Below are positions 38,253 through 51,915 of a DNA stretch of 64,000 bases, one piece after another (within the stretch, counting starts at the first letter, position 1; each line of letters starts with the position of its first letter). Origin of the DNA: Octopus sinensis (lineage: Eukaryota); contig NC_043013.1 of the NCBI RefSeq assembly GCF_006345805.1, positions 52,576,001 to 52,640,000 on the forward strand, given 5' to 3'. The position numbers and the translations under genes were made by a program. Below the pieces are notes generated by a model, which was not told the origin of the DNA, searched no databases, and saw only the letters and a program-made list of their open reading frames with translations.

Positions 38253-39014
38253 GTGCTGCTACTGCATATATCTCTCTGAGAAGTTTATAAATATATTACT
38301 TCTTTCCTTTTGCTGTTCGAATAGTCCTGTTATATTCCCATATATTTCAAATAGATCTTTCTTAGGTCTCTATCAGGAATACCAAACCAGCATCAGTACT
38401 CTCATATATAGGGGTCGTTACTGATGAATCATTTTTTTATATTCATTGTTTACGTAAGAATATTTTCATGACAACATATCATTTGATCAAACCATCTTAG
38501 AAGATCGTTAGAATGAGAAAACTCTATTGCCAACGGTAATAATTATTCCTTCGATCCAACACGGTCCATTCGTTTGAACACCGGAGTCAATAATTCACTT
38601 CGTCTTTACTCAAGGTTTCTCGTTACAAACGATTCTTCTACAAAGAAAAAAAATAACTGGATGAGACTACGTAAGAGGGAATACACGGAATCAGTCTACT
38701 TTTATTAGTTTCGGTCAGGTAATGGTGTGAAGGAGATGATGTTAGAGTTTCTAGAAACTTTAACAGAGCAATCTAATTTTTACAAGTGATATACATTCGT
38801 CGCCAGTGTGTTTGTTGAGATGAGTGGTTGAGTAGAAGAATAAAAATGTGTTCGTTGTGTTGCGTGAGGAAATAACTGACAGCACCCGCGAACATTCAAC
38901 AAAATATTTTATCGTCACACATAGGGTTAAACGGTGTTGGTATTTTAAAAAACAACAACAGCAATGATTTAATACTGGGCGAAATATACAACTTGAAGTT
39001 TGCGGCAAGCTTAC

Positions 39015-39220
39015 TCATATAGCAACATGTAGCTTGCCCAATATAACTGGAAACAATTGGGATGTATTCGTATTGACAGAGATTCCTGTCGTCTGGCTGT
39101 GACAAGACTGCAGACGCCTCGCACAGCTGCCTCAACAGTTTGCAATTTGAGTTAAGCGATTCCCTAGGTCGTCTGAGTTGAATGGGCGCATATCATACCA
39201 GCCGCTTTCTAACACTCTGT
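39015..39220 (-). other. Candidate first exon of a minus-strand gene
   Basis: Begins about 25-30 nt downstream of a TATA box, is repeat-free and GC-richer, and ends at the donor ATGA|GTAAGC (intron would start at 39014). Confidence 0.4.
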
Positions 39221-39243
39221 AATTAATTGCCGCCAAAAACGGT

Positions 39244-39322
39244 CTTTTATAGAGCACACGTGAAAGACCTTTGAAGCTGGATCTTTGTCGCTGATTGATT
39301 TCTTGATAGGCCGATCACGTGA
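39244..39322 (-). promoter_or_regulatory. Putative core promoter: TATA box plus two E-boxes
   Basis: TATAAAAG (minus strand, 39244-39251), CACGTG at 39257-39262, TGATTGAT at about 39292-39299, TCACGTGA at 39315-39322. Confidence 0.5.
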
Positions 39323-39673
39323 AACTATTGAAATATAGTCGTGGTGTCTGACAGGCCAGCCAGTCGTGCGGTTTCGAATCAATACTATGCATTCTTTTAA
39401 TCAGAAGCATAGAAAACCCTGAGTGTCAATGGCTCTGTCAGATATCACGACAAAATAAGAATAAAATTAATTTGAGATATAATTCAGTTAGATAGCCTAA
39501 TTAAAATAGGTGCAGACGTAAGAATAACTCCATACGATGCAGTACTAAGTGTCCCTCGCATGTCTCTTTCTATCTTTCTTTCTCTTTTAACTATCCATCT
39601 ATACGTGTCTATCTAGCGAAATATACATGGGGAGAGAGAAAGACAGAGAAAGACAGAGAAAAATACAGAGATT

Positions 39674-39719
<46 letters not shown>

Positions 39720-40151
39720 TAGGTGTGTAGGTAGGTAGATAAATAGACAGAGACAGAGGCAGAGAATTATATATATGCGTGGAGAGAATATATAACATGA
39801 TATATAGGAAATTCGTTCACTTAATCAATTCTACTGCATATATGAATGTGTGCATGTATACAAACATGTATTCATATATACATACATACATACACAAATA
39901 CATATATATAAGTATATATATATATATGTTTTATATATATATGTTTTATATATATATAAATATGTTTGTGCATGTGTATATATATACATATGTATCTGTA
40001 TTTGTATACATACATATATCTATATATATATATGTTATATTTCTATATGTATATAGACATACACGTGTATATATATGTGTGTGTGTGTGGTGTACGTGTA
40101 TGCATATGTATACATATATATATATATATATTGTATTTATGTATGTGTATA

Positions 40152-40221
<70 letters not shown>

Positions 40222-41319
40222 ATATATATATGGGTGTGTGTGTGTATATATGTATGTATATATGTACAGGCGTTGGGAGCGTCAAAGAAAGAAAGGAAGC
40301 AATATACAACAACGAAAGCTGTGTGTTGTTTTCGGTGTAGTTTTTAATGGCAAATATTTTATTACTTCAATAATATGACAGTGACAAATTTGAAAATAGG
40401 GAAAAACATAGGAAGCAAAAAGAAAAAAAAAACACATTTATTTTTTAAACATTCACGATACACAACATTGGAAATATTGTATTACGTACACACAGACACA
40501 CATAGACATACAGATGCATACGATTACTGTGACACAAACTTATACATGTTGGTGGATATATATACTTGCACGTATGTGCGCCTGTATGCACGTAATCTGT
40601 ATGTATGTATGTATGTTTGCATGTATGTATATATGTATATATATATATACGTACGTATGAATGTATATATGTGTGTATGTATATATGTACATGTATATGT
40701 ATATATATCTATATACATACATATGTATATATGTTTGTGTATGTATATAGGTATGCATGTATGCATATATATATATATATACATACACACACACACACAC
40801 ATATATATATATGTGTGTGTGTGTGTATGTGTGTGTGTATATATATACATATATACATATATATATATGTACATACATGCGTGTGTGATTGTGATTGTGT
40901 GCGTGTGATTCCTTAAAAAACATCACTGAAAACATTAAAAAAACATTATTATCTGAATAAGACAACCAACAAAGGATTTGTTACATTGCCGCCATAGAAG
41001 AAGTAACTGTATAAATGTCACAATGATGAATTTTGATAGGGAACAAGTTGTCACACTATACTAATTTCTCATTCCAGTATCCAGAGACTGCTTGCATTGC
41101 GTATGCATTAGTTTCTTGGGCATTTGTTTATAGGCTATTTCCTCCTCTGATTTCTTCTGCTTCTATGATTTTTTTTGTGGAAATACATACATAGATGTGG
41201 CTTTCATTTTGTGTATGTATGGATGTGAGTGCGTATATGTATTGTTATGGTGAGTTCATATCCCTGTATTTTAGTTATTTCTTTGTACATAAAGTGTTTC
41301 AAATAGTAAATATATGTGT

Positions 41320-41600
41320 GCATATGACTCACTGGTTAGATCTTAGCTCTGAAACTCATGAGGTAGAGGTTTTTATTCCTGCACCGGGCTGTGTTGCGTT
41401 CTTGAGCAAAACGCTTACTTTTCACGTTGGTCAAGTTCATTCAGATGTTGAAATGAGATGCAATGTCACTGGTGCCAAGCTATACTGGCCTTTGCCTTTA
41501 CTTTGGGGAACATCGGTGGTATGGAGGAAAGAGGAAGCTGGTATGCTGGTCTTCCAAAAACAACCGTGACCGGACTTACGCCTTCGAGGGGAAACTTCTA
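41320..41600 (+). mobile_element. Diverged tRNA-derived SINE
   Basis: tRNA-like head followed by GCGTTCTTGAGCAAAACGCTT...TTTCACGTTG, as in the other tRNA-SINE heads. Confidence 0.6.
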
Positions 41601-41714
41601 GGCGCATACACTTATATATATATATTATATATATATATATATATATAACGGAAGCTTATATATATATATATATATAGATATATATATATATTATATATAT
41701 ATATATAACGGAAG

Positions 41715-41771
<57 letters not shown>

Positions 41772-41945
41772 GTATTATATATATATATATATATATATAG
41801 ATGAGTGTATTTTTACCTTGTTACAAGGCAAAAATAAATAGTGTCAGTGGAATTTTCGAAACATGTGTCGAAAGTAAAAATATGTGATTTACACCTGCGT
41901 TGAACTCCATTTATTTATATATTCATATATATATATACTCTTTTT

Positions 41946-42311
41946 TTACTCTTTTTACTTGTTTCAGTCACTTGACTGCGGCTATGTTGGAGCACGACCT
42001 TAATCGAACAAATCAACCCCAGGACTTATTCTTTGTAAGTCTGGTACTTAATTTTGTCCGTTTCTTTTTGACGAACAGCTAAGTTAAGCACGCCAGCATC
42101 GGTTGTCAAGTGATGGTGATGGTCGGAAAATAGAGACACACAAACGTATACATATATATATATAAAGGACGGGTTACTTTCCGTTTCCGTCTGCCAAATC
42201 CACTCAAAAGGCATTGGTCGACTCGAGGCTCTAATAGAAGACACTTGCTCAAAGTGCCACGCAATGAGGCTGAACTTGGGATCATGTGATTGGGAAGGAA
42301 GCTTCTTGCCA
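41946..42311 (-). mobile_element. SINE family B
   Basis: Reverse complement of the family B body from TTTTACTTGTTTCAGTCA to CTTCTTGCCACAC. Confidence 0.85.
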
Positions 42312-42334
42312 CACACCCACGCTTGCAGAAATGT

Positions 42335-42930
42335 GTGACTGTATGTATGAGTGTATGTATGTATGTATGTATGTATGTGTGTATGTATGCATGTATCTAT
42401 GTATGCATGTATGTATTTATGTATGTATTTATGTATTTATGTATGCATGTATGTATAATGTATGTATGCATGTATGTATGTATGCATGTATGTATGTATG
42501 TATGTATGTATGTATGTATGTATGTATTTATCTATGTAAGTATGTATGTATGCATGTATGTATGTAAGTATGTATGTATGTATTTATGTATGTATGCATG
42601 TATGTATGTATGTATTTATGTATGTAAGTATTTATGTATGTATGTATGTATTTATGTATGTATGTGTATATGTATGTATGTAAGTATGTATGTATGTATG
42701 TATGTATGTATGTATGTATTTATGTATGCATGTATGTACAATGTATGTATGTGTGCATGTATGTATGTATGCATGTATATATGTATGTGTGTATGTATGT
42801 ATGTATGTATGCATGTATGTATGTATGTATTTATGCATGTATGTATGTAAGTATGTATGTATGTATGTATGTATGTATATATGTATGTATGTGTATGTAT
42901 GTATGTATGTATGTATGTATGTATGTATAT
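42335..42930. repeat. ~600-bp (TATG)n array
   Basis: Direct reading. Confidence 0.97.
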
Positions 42931-42944
42931 GTATCTTTTATGTT

Positions 42945-43352
42945 TTTTCGTGTTTCAGTCATCCGACTGCGGCCATGCTAGAGCACTACCTTAATGAGTT
43001 TTTAGTCGACTGAATCGACCCCAGTACATTTTTAGGCCCGGTAAATATTCTGTTCCCTGTGTTTTGACGAACCGCTAAGTTAGGGGACGTAAGCAAACCA
43101 AAACCAGTTGTCAAGCGATATTGTGGGCAACACACACACACACACACACATACTCATACACATGCATACACACACATATATATATGTGTGTGTGTATATA
43201 TGCATATATATATATATATATAATGCGACAGGAAGATTCTCTGTTTTTGTTGGCCCGGGTTATAGTAGAATACACTAGCCCCAGGTACTCCACAGTGGGA
43301 CTGAACGCAGAACGATGTTGTTGGGAAGCAAGTTTCTTAGCAAACAGCCACG
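42945..43352 (-). mobile_element. SINE family B
   Basis: TGTTTCAGTCAT...GCTAAGTTAGGGGACGTAA...CACAGTGGGACTGAAC...CAGCCAC. Confidence 0.8.
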
Positions 43353-45130
43353 CTTATCTATGTGTAATTTTTGTTTATTTCTTGTACGTAAATGAGGTTC
43401 GGAGTATACGTATGCATATAACTATAAGTATATCTATCATTCGTATATATCATATAGTTATTTATTTGTATATATACACATATACATGTATCCACATCGG
43501 TTATGTTTGTGGTTTCAATTTTCTTCAATATGGAGAATTTCGTTTGTATTTTGACCAAATAGTTTCCAAATATTTTTTCATGCTTTCAACTTGGAATAAA
43601 TCTCTTCATTCGCTTCTAAACGAACTAAATAAATGAAAGCAATCTAAATAAGGAGGTCTTCTCCAAATGTCTTTACTATTTTAGCCGAAGACAGGTTACC
43701 TATCTTCTTCGGTATATTTATATGATTTTCTAGTTTACAAATTTTATATAAACATCTGATGCGCAACTACGTAGACCTCCATTTTCATGTGGAAATAGAA
43801 GAGCTTGTCTCATTGTATGATTTGTTCTTCTTGTCAATCCGATCAGACACCATCCAGATTATTGTAACCAGATCTTAGACATGTGACATGTCTGCTACAT
43901 ACTTATATAAATTCTTCTCACTTTTCATGTCAAGGATGTCAGCATAATATCTACTAAGCACAAATGAGGTTTCGTTGTAGCCGCTAATTTATTCTAACTT
44001 TTCTTAGCAAGGAATCTAAAAACGATGTAGTTGATAGTTCCATTTTGATGATTATATAACTGGTGTTTGATGATTGTCTTTCGTCATAGGTATCTGATTC
44101 TTCAGATTAAACAAATTTCAAAGACACTGGTGGTAGTATACCTCGGCAAGATTCGCATTATTTAGAGAAAGTGACAGAATATTCAAGCTTCTGTTAGGAG
44201 ATTGCGATGTTTCGAATAGAAAACACTCTTCAGCCTCCATTTGAAAAGGTAGAACAATATTGCCTTACATTCTGCAAAATTAGGAGACCGGCTGTAACTG
44301 ATGGAGAACACAAAACATCGCGACAGTTCACACACAGATACGAAGTACTAAGAATATGAAAGCAGCAGGGAGAAGAAGAGGGGGTTGTTTAAAACTGCAC
44401 TGTACAGTTAAAACCAGATACTGTATTTCTGATATCCTCCAGAATCTCTTATTCACTGTTGGCATTCACACTGTTCTAATTTCATTTCTTGAGTTCTGAA
44501 AGTTATTGGCGACGTTTTTTGTTTATCATTTTTACTCATGTCATTTATTCCCTTCTATTATTGTTAACCGTATTTTCTCTGATTCTGTCCTTATGAAATA
44601 CGTTTACTTCAGAGTGTTTAAATCTTTCTTTGTGTTTTATTGTTTCTTTATAAACGAAGAAAAGAAAACGTGTTTGTTTCATCATATTCATTTGTTTCAC
44701 AAATCAATATACAATTTTGTTTCTAAAGAACACCAAATAGAAGTCGTTTTCTACAAGCACAAAGACTTGGGTGCATTTCGGAGGAGAAACCTATTGAAGA
44801 TTAACTCAAATTTTCCGTTTGATCATTGCCTGAACCAACTATCGATATTTTCCCGACATCGTTATCTACCTTCAGATGTAAAATATTGATGCCTGTTTGT
44901 GTCATGTTCCAGATGTAACATTACAAATGGCGGCAACATTGACACATCAAGGAGCGTCTATGTGGCCGATCGACCTGCTAGGTCAAAATAGCCGATCGAT
45001 TAGAGCTAAAGCATTAGCGATTTCTGGGGAAACAATGTATATTATCAGAGAAATTCCATGAACCAGTGACATTTTGCAAGTGAACTGTATTAGAGTTTAC
45101 AATAAGTTAATCTTACATCCAAGAATGTAC

Positions 45131-45187
<57 letters not shown>

Positions 45188-45196
45188 AATATATAG

Positions 45197-45246
<50 letters not shown>

Positions 45247-45738
45247 TATATATATAATATATATAATATATGTATATATTATTATATATATATAATACAT
45301 AAATAAATATATCAATATGTATATATGTATGTATTAGATATATATACATATAATGTAGATGTACGCATATGTATATGCGTACATATGGGTATATACGTAT
45401 ACACACTCACACGCATACACATGCACGTATATTGGTACGCTTGGGATAGAGTAAAATATCTTATTGCACAATACTTCGTTCTTGGTATATATATTACGAA
45501 AAGTTTATTTAATTCATCGCTTAATATTGTACACTTGTATATAAGTGTACTCTTGGGATACAGCAAAATCTTTCTTGGATATATAATCTATTATGGATAT
45601 ATATATTATAGATATATATATATATATATTAGGATCTTAATATTTTACTATATATAGTTATATATATTATATATCTATCCATATTTATATATACCAAATA
45701 TTATATTGGATATATATATACATATATATGTATATATA

Positions 45739-45785
<47 letters not shown>

Positions 45786-45809
45786 ATATATATATACTAT
45801 ATATATATA

Positions 45810-45847
<38 letters not shown>

Positions 45848-46023
45848 TAGATACGACGATGCGATATCAGCATTGAACATAAATCTATGAAGTAATAGAT
45901 AATAATAATGATAGTAGTAGTAGTACGACTACTAATACTTCTATTACTAACTATTATTATCATTAAAATCATTATTATTACTATTATTATTATTATGGCA
46001 ACGACAGCAAAACTAGTAATAAT

Positions 46024-46057
<34 letters not shown>

Positions 46058-46806
46058 CAATAATAATAATGTTTTCTGAAGACAAGAGTAGTAAATCAAA
46101 ATATATTTGAGTAATTGTTTTGCAAAGAAGAAAATGAAAATTCTAAACAAACAAAAATAGAAACTAAAAAGATATTTGTGGGTGAAAAGTTATGAAGAAT
46201 GTGAGAAGTTCACTGGGTTAAGGAAATAATCAATATATGAACATTGCCTCTGTGTGTGTGTGTTTGTGTGTGTGTCCGTGTGTCCGTGCGCATGCGGGCA
46301 TGTACAGGCATGTGCGCTGTGTTTGACACACACATAGAAACAAACGGAATATATGTTACGCAATATGAAACACGAATACGTCACTATATATGTTTATGAT
46401 GTGTGTGTGTATGTGTTCGTGTGTGTGTGTGTCTGTGTGTGTGCCTGTGTAAATATGTACGTGGAGTTTATGAAAGGTGTTGAACCGCAAAACAACAAAC
46501 GTGGTACAAGACTTCTGATAAAGGTACAAGTCTTCAAAGCTCAAATGCCTTGAAGGCTCAAACCTTTATACACCCCTGGTATGTATATATGAGTGTGAGT
46601 AGGTATATGTATACAAATTGTTATATATATTATATAATAATTAAATATTGTATATATATATATATGTATAAACGGACGATTGTATATATATACATATATA
46701 TAATATAACATTATACACATTCTATTATATACATGTTAAATATAGATATGCATGTGTGTGTGTGTGTGTCTGTCTTTCTGTCTGTCTGTCTCTCTCTCTC
46801 TGTCTC

Positions 46807-46838
<32 letters not shown>

Positions 46839-46897
46839 CGCACATATACAGATATATGTATATATATTTATATTATCGTGTAATAATATATATATAC

Positions 46898-46932
<35 letters not shown>

Positions 46933-46996
46933 GATACACTTATGTATATAAATATTATATATATATATATATACATATGATTATAATTATATAATA

Positions 46997-47055
46997 TCTC
47001 TCTATATATAAAAGGCAGTTTGTCTGTCTGTGTGTCTGTCAGGTTGTACCCTGAC
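46997..47055 (+). mobile_element. Helitron-like 5' terminal fragment
   Basis: A|TCTCTCTATATATAAAAGGCAGTTTGTCTGTCTGTGTG: A-TC start followed by GTCT repeats, similar to the 27301 start. Confidence 0.4.
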
Positions 47056-47851
47056 ATATATATATATATATATTTACCAAGCATTCAAATGTCGTTTCTG
47101 TTTCTCTCTTTTGATTCATGAAACGCGAAACTATTAGTATGAACATTAAAAACTCTAAAGAATTTACTTTGGGGTTGATAAAATTAAGCAGAGTCTAATG
47201 CGAGGTTTTGGCAGAAGTGTTAGATTGTTCAACAAAATACCTGCTGATATTATTATCCTGCTCTTTACGTTCAAAATTTCGCCAAGATGGCACTGATGTT
47301 AATGTCTATCAGCCATCGCCTCTTTCTTGCACGCCGAGTGCAACTGAAAGTCTTCTCTTCAAAATTGACTTTGCATTGGAAAATTCAAGGTGCAGATAAA
47401 TGTTAGTCTTTAACTCTAAGAGGCCGTAAATATTGGTGAAATACAGAAAAGTTGTCAAGAGATCGAGTGACGCGTATACCAGAAGGAGCCTGATGGAGAG
47501 CCGATCGTTGGAGATTGTTGTACTAATGGTAGATGGGACACATGGGAGAGACAGAGAGTATTGGAGGAAGATGATGAGGGAAACCTCACCAATCCTCCAA
47601 ACATCTTTATGTTAGGTAAGATCTTATCTAAAAGATTTTGGGTAGATTTTGACACTAGCAGTAGACATTGCCGTCCGATAAAAGATATTCGTTGTGGGTT
47701 TCTTTGAAATTTGTACAGGTTCAGTTTAACAAATATTTAAATTTCAAATATTCGGTGGCTCTGAAAGTTCTAGTTAGTCTCTTGATGTGGGTTTTTCTAT
47801 GGACAGGTGAGAGATCAGCAGAAATAACCATCAATAATTATAGTCTTGTTA

Positions 47852-48066
47852 CGGTGACGAGCTTAGCAGAATTGTTTACACTCTTGGATAAAAAAACGGC
47901 GTCTCATCTATCTTTACGTTCTGAGTTCAAATTCCGCAGAGATCGACTTTACTTTCATCCTTTCGGAGGTCGATAAAATAAGTAATAGATAAGCACTGGG
48001 TTCCATGTAACCAAATTATCCCCTTCTTCGAAATTACTGGCTTAATACCAAAATTAGAAACCAATA
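47852..48066 (+). mobile_element. SINE family A copy
   Basis: GTTCTGAGTTCAAATTCCGCAGAGATCGACTTTACTTTCATCCTTTCGG. Confidence 0.85.
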
Positions 48067-48560
48067 CTTTTACGGTGTTACATCTGTAACGATTTTAAGG
48101 TTCCAGTTACGTTCTGTCGAGAAACTTAAACAAGATAAAGCATGAGATGGTTCCCTTGCAATGGGCGACAGTCAACATTGACCTTCATATTGTAAATATA
48201 TGAAGTGAGATTAACAAAGTCGGCAGATGACGTGTTAAGAAGAATTCCCATTCTAATAATATCCCTTGTATTAGAATCTTAGATATTTCTAGGTGTAAAA
48301 AGATAAAACAACACTAAAACAATCTGGTCCTCACTTCGTTCATACGATTTTTGTTTGTTTGTCCATTTTTTGTTTTATTATTTTGTTTTGATGATGGTTT
48401 GTGTTGCTGTTTTGTGTTACAGTTTCACAGCTCATTCAATTTTAGAATACGTTGTTAGTATTAACCTTATTAACTTAATCCATCTTTACATATCTTCACT
48501 TAAAATGTTCTTTCTATAGAATTTGAGTGCAAACTTTTCTTTGCGGATTAAACTCATCAC

Positions 48561-48614
<54 letters not shown>

Positions 48615-48741
48615 TCAGACACACATACATCTATCCATATATACATATCTATGTAAGTGTTTTATAAATGCGTGTGTGTGTGTATATGCATTTATGTAAG
48701 TACATCCATGTAATATTTGTATATATGTGTATATACGTAAC

Positions 48742-48785
<44 letters not shown>

Positions 48786-49358
48786 GTATATATATGTATG
48801 TATATATTTGTACTTGAGTATTTGTAATGGGTTTAATCTTTGTATAGTGGAGTAGGGATAGGAAATAGAAGTGAGGGAGTACTTTCAAAGACAAATATTC
48901 AGGGACAATAAATTTTAGACAGATAATTAGGAAGCGAGACTCTTATCGTCTTATAACTGTGTCTGGTCAATGTATCTTGTGTTGAAAACTAAATTTATTA
49001 CATTTTACAACTTTATTCGTTTGAAATTCGTAACCCTAAATACAACCAAAGTGGCCCAACTTCCTGTTCCGGCCTAGGTAGGGAATCAACAGCAGAACAA
49101 TTTCCCCTCAAATCAGAAATCGGACAACATATTACAGCATAATATAGACCTTGTTACACATTGTTAGAAAAAAATGTCGATATAGGCACAGACGTGGCTG
49201 TATGGTTCCTACCCAAACACCTGATTCCAGGTCCAGTCCAACTGCAGGGTACCTTGCGCAAATGATTTCTGCAATAGACTAGGGTCGACCAAAACCTTGT
49301 GAGGTGATTTGGTTGACGGAAACTGAAGGCCCATTGTGTACATAGACATATAATAGAC

Positions 49359-49397
<39 letters not shown>

Positions 49398-49403
<6 letters not shown>

Positions 49404-49600
49404 TTTTTATATAAGCTTAAAGCTTATGGCGATCACCGTGCAATGTCTATGGAAAATAGTCTAATAAAGGGGCATATAAGCCCTAGATAGAAAAGCCTTC
49501 TTTTTTTCTGTCGAGGGCTTATATGCCCTTTTATTAGACTATTTTCTTTAGTCTTTGCAAGGTGACAGCCATAAGCTTTAAGCTTATATAAAAATACTAT
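49398..49600. repeat. Near-perfect palindrome, ~95-bp arms with a very short loop
   Basis: ATAGTATTTTTATATAAGCTTAAAGCTTATGGC pairs with GCCATAAGCTTTAAGCTTATATAAAAATACTAT. Confidence 0.92.
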
Positions 49601-49674
49601 TATTATTATATTTACAAGATTGTAAAAACGGCGCCATAATAAAAAAAAAACCATTGGCACCGAAATATATATAT

Positions 49675-50046
49675 TCTTTTACTTGTTTCAGTCATTTGAC
49701 CGCGGCCATGCTGAAGCACTGCCTTTAGTCGAACAAACCGCCCCCAAGACTTATTCTTTGTAATTCTAGTACTTATTCCATCGGTTCTTTTGACGAACTG
49801 CTAAGTTACGGGGCCATAAACACACCAACATCGGTTATCAAGCGACGATGGGGAAAACACATTTAACAAACAAATATATATATATATAAATACAGGACGG
49901 GCTTCTTTCAGTTACCGTCTACCAATTTCACTAACAAGGCTTTCATCGTCCTGAGGCTATAGCAGAAGACGCTTACCCAGGGTCCCACGTAGTGGGAATG
50001 AACCTGGAACCAGGTGGTTAGTAAGCAAGCTTCTTACTACACAGTT
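49675..50046 (-). mobile_element. SINE family B
   Basis: Full reverse-complement family B body. Confidence 0.88.
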
Positions 50047-50410
50047 CCTATGGTAAACAACTAAAAACAATACGAAACCAAGTAGATTTTACTTTTAATG
50101 TAGTAGTTAATTATACAGCCTAATTTGTTAGTTAAAATGACTTCCGCGCGTTTCTTCTGCACAAGTTATGGTCAGTTTCGGATGGAGTCCACAAAACTTG
50201 TGAAGTTATTTCTCCACCCAGGTCAATCAAAATATTCTACAGCCAACTTCATCTTATAGGAATTACTGAACGTATATATCCAACAGTTCAATTAACTGGC
50301 TTCATAAGTACACCGGGGCAGATAACCAGCCACTTGATTCATAATAATTCTTTGCTAGTTCTCTCCAAACACTTCATGCTTATGTTCTGATTCCTCCTAC
50401 ACTATAAATA

Positions 50411-50665
50411 ACAATTGCAGCGTGGAAGGTGTTTATAAACCATTTAATAAGATACAAAACCGTTAGATTCACTTCAACATTTAAATTATTTAATTTGTCA
50501 AAATATTTTCGTCGTTTTGAAACCGCGGAATTTTGCCAGTGATTAGGTCGCGCTCTCAAAGCGACGAAAATATTTTGGTAAATTAAATAATTCAAATGTT
50601 GAAGTGAATCTAACGGTTTTGCGTGTTCTTAAATGGCTTATAAACCCCTTCCACGCTGCAATTGT
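50411..50665. repeat. Fold-back inverted repeat, ~115-bp arms
   Basis: ACAATTGCAGCGTGGAAGG...AAAACCGTTAGATTCACTTCAACATTT pairs with AAATGTTGAAGTGAATCTAACGGTTTT...CCTTCCACGCTGCAATTGT. Confidence 0.92.
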
Positions 50666-50843
50666 TTTTGTTCCGGCACACGATCTCAGATCAGGCCACT
50701 TGCTATGCAATTACATCTCCGTAATTTTATAAGTTTTCCATAAAATACGGAAATTCATGTTGAGTATCTTTCACCACATATAAAGAGGGTATCTCCTATT
50801 GCATTATTATAACCTGCAGAACATACGGCACGTATTTTCCTTT

Positions 50844-50888
<45 letters not shown>

Positions 50889-50896
50889 TAGATATT

Positions 50897-51159
50897 ATAT
50901 TAAATTAGAGACAAAACCACTATTAGGCAAATCAAACAATGAAAGACTTAAGGCAATACATAAATTAATTTATATATTTAAAATGTAACAATTATTAAAA
51001 AATATAATTAATAGACAGTAGCCAGGAAACGATCGTAGTGGATATTAATTATATTTTTTATAATTGTTACATATTTAAATAATATAAATTAATTATGTAT
51101 TGGCTTAAGTCTTTCATTGTTTGATTTGCCTAATAGTGGTTTTGTCTCTAATTTAATAT
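50897..51159. repeat. Fold-back inverted repeat, ~118-bp arms, loop containing a hammerhead 3' half
   Basis: Arms 50897-51015 and 51045-51159; loop contains GAAAC-GATC-GTA-GTGG (51028-51043). Confidence 0.9.
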
Positions 51160-51256
51160 AATATAATATTATAATATTTTACTATAAAATTGGATTCAAT
51201 CCTAAATCTGATTTTTCCCTGTAAGTTTGGATTTATTCCCTAATATATATTATTAT

Positions 51257-51291
<35 letters not shown>

Positions 51292-51296
51292 TGATA

Positions 51297-51490
51297 GCCG
51301 CAGGAGTGGTTGTGTGGTAAGTTGCCTTAGCCGTAAATATATGTGTTTACGTCCACGTAACTTAGCGGAAAAAGGGACCGATAGAATAAGTACTAGGCTT
51401 ATAAAGAATAAGTCCTGGGGTCGATTTGTTCGACTGCAGGCGGTGCTCCAGTATGATTGTAGTCAAATGCCTGAAAGAAATAAAAGAAGG
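51297..51490 (+). mobile_element. SINE family B with an internal deletion
   Basis: Head GCAGGAGTGGTTGTGTGGTAAG joined directly to the 3' body GTGTTTACGTCC...AAGAATAAGTCCTGGGGTCG. Confidence 0.8.
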
Positions 51491-51539
51491 AAAATATATA
51501 TATGCATGAATGTGTGTGTGTGTCTGTGTGTGTCTGTGT

Positions 51540-51915
51540 GTGGAGGTGCAATTGCCGAGTGGTTAGGGCAGCGGACTCGCGGTCATAGGATTGCGGTTTC
51601 GCTTCCCAGACTGGGTGTTGTGGGTATTTATTGATCAAAAACACGTAAATCTCCAGGAGGCTCTGGCAGGGGGGTGGCGAACCTTGCTGTACTCTTTCAT
51701 TACAACTTCCTTTCACTCTTTCTTTTTGTTTCTATTGTACCTGTATTTGAAAAGACCAGCCCTGTCACGCTGTGTCATGCTGAATCTCCCCCAACGACTA
51801 CGTTAAGAGTACACATGTCTGTGCAGTACTCAGCCAGTTGCAAGTTAATTTCCCGAGCAGGTTCTTCCGTTCATCGGATCAACTGGAACCCTCGTCGTCG
51901 TAACCGACGGAGTGC
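51540..51915 (+). mobile_element. tRNA-derived SINE, family D
   Basis: GTGGAGGTGCAATTGCCGAGTGGTTAGG head; tail GGAACCCTCGTCGTCGTAACCGACGGAGTG. Confidence 0.85.
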
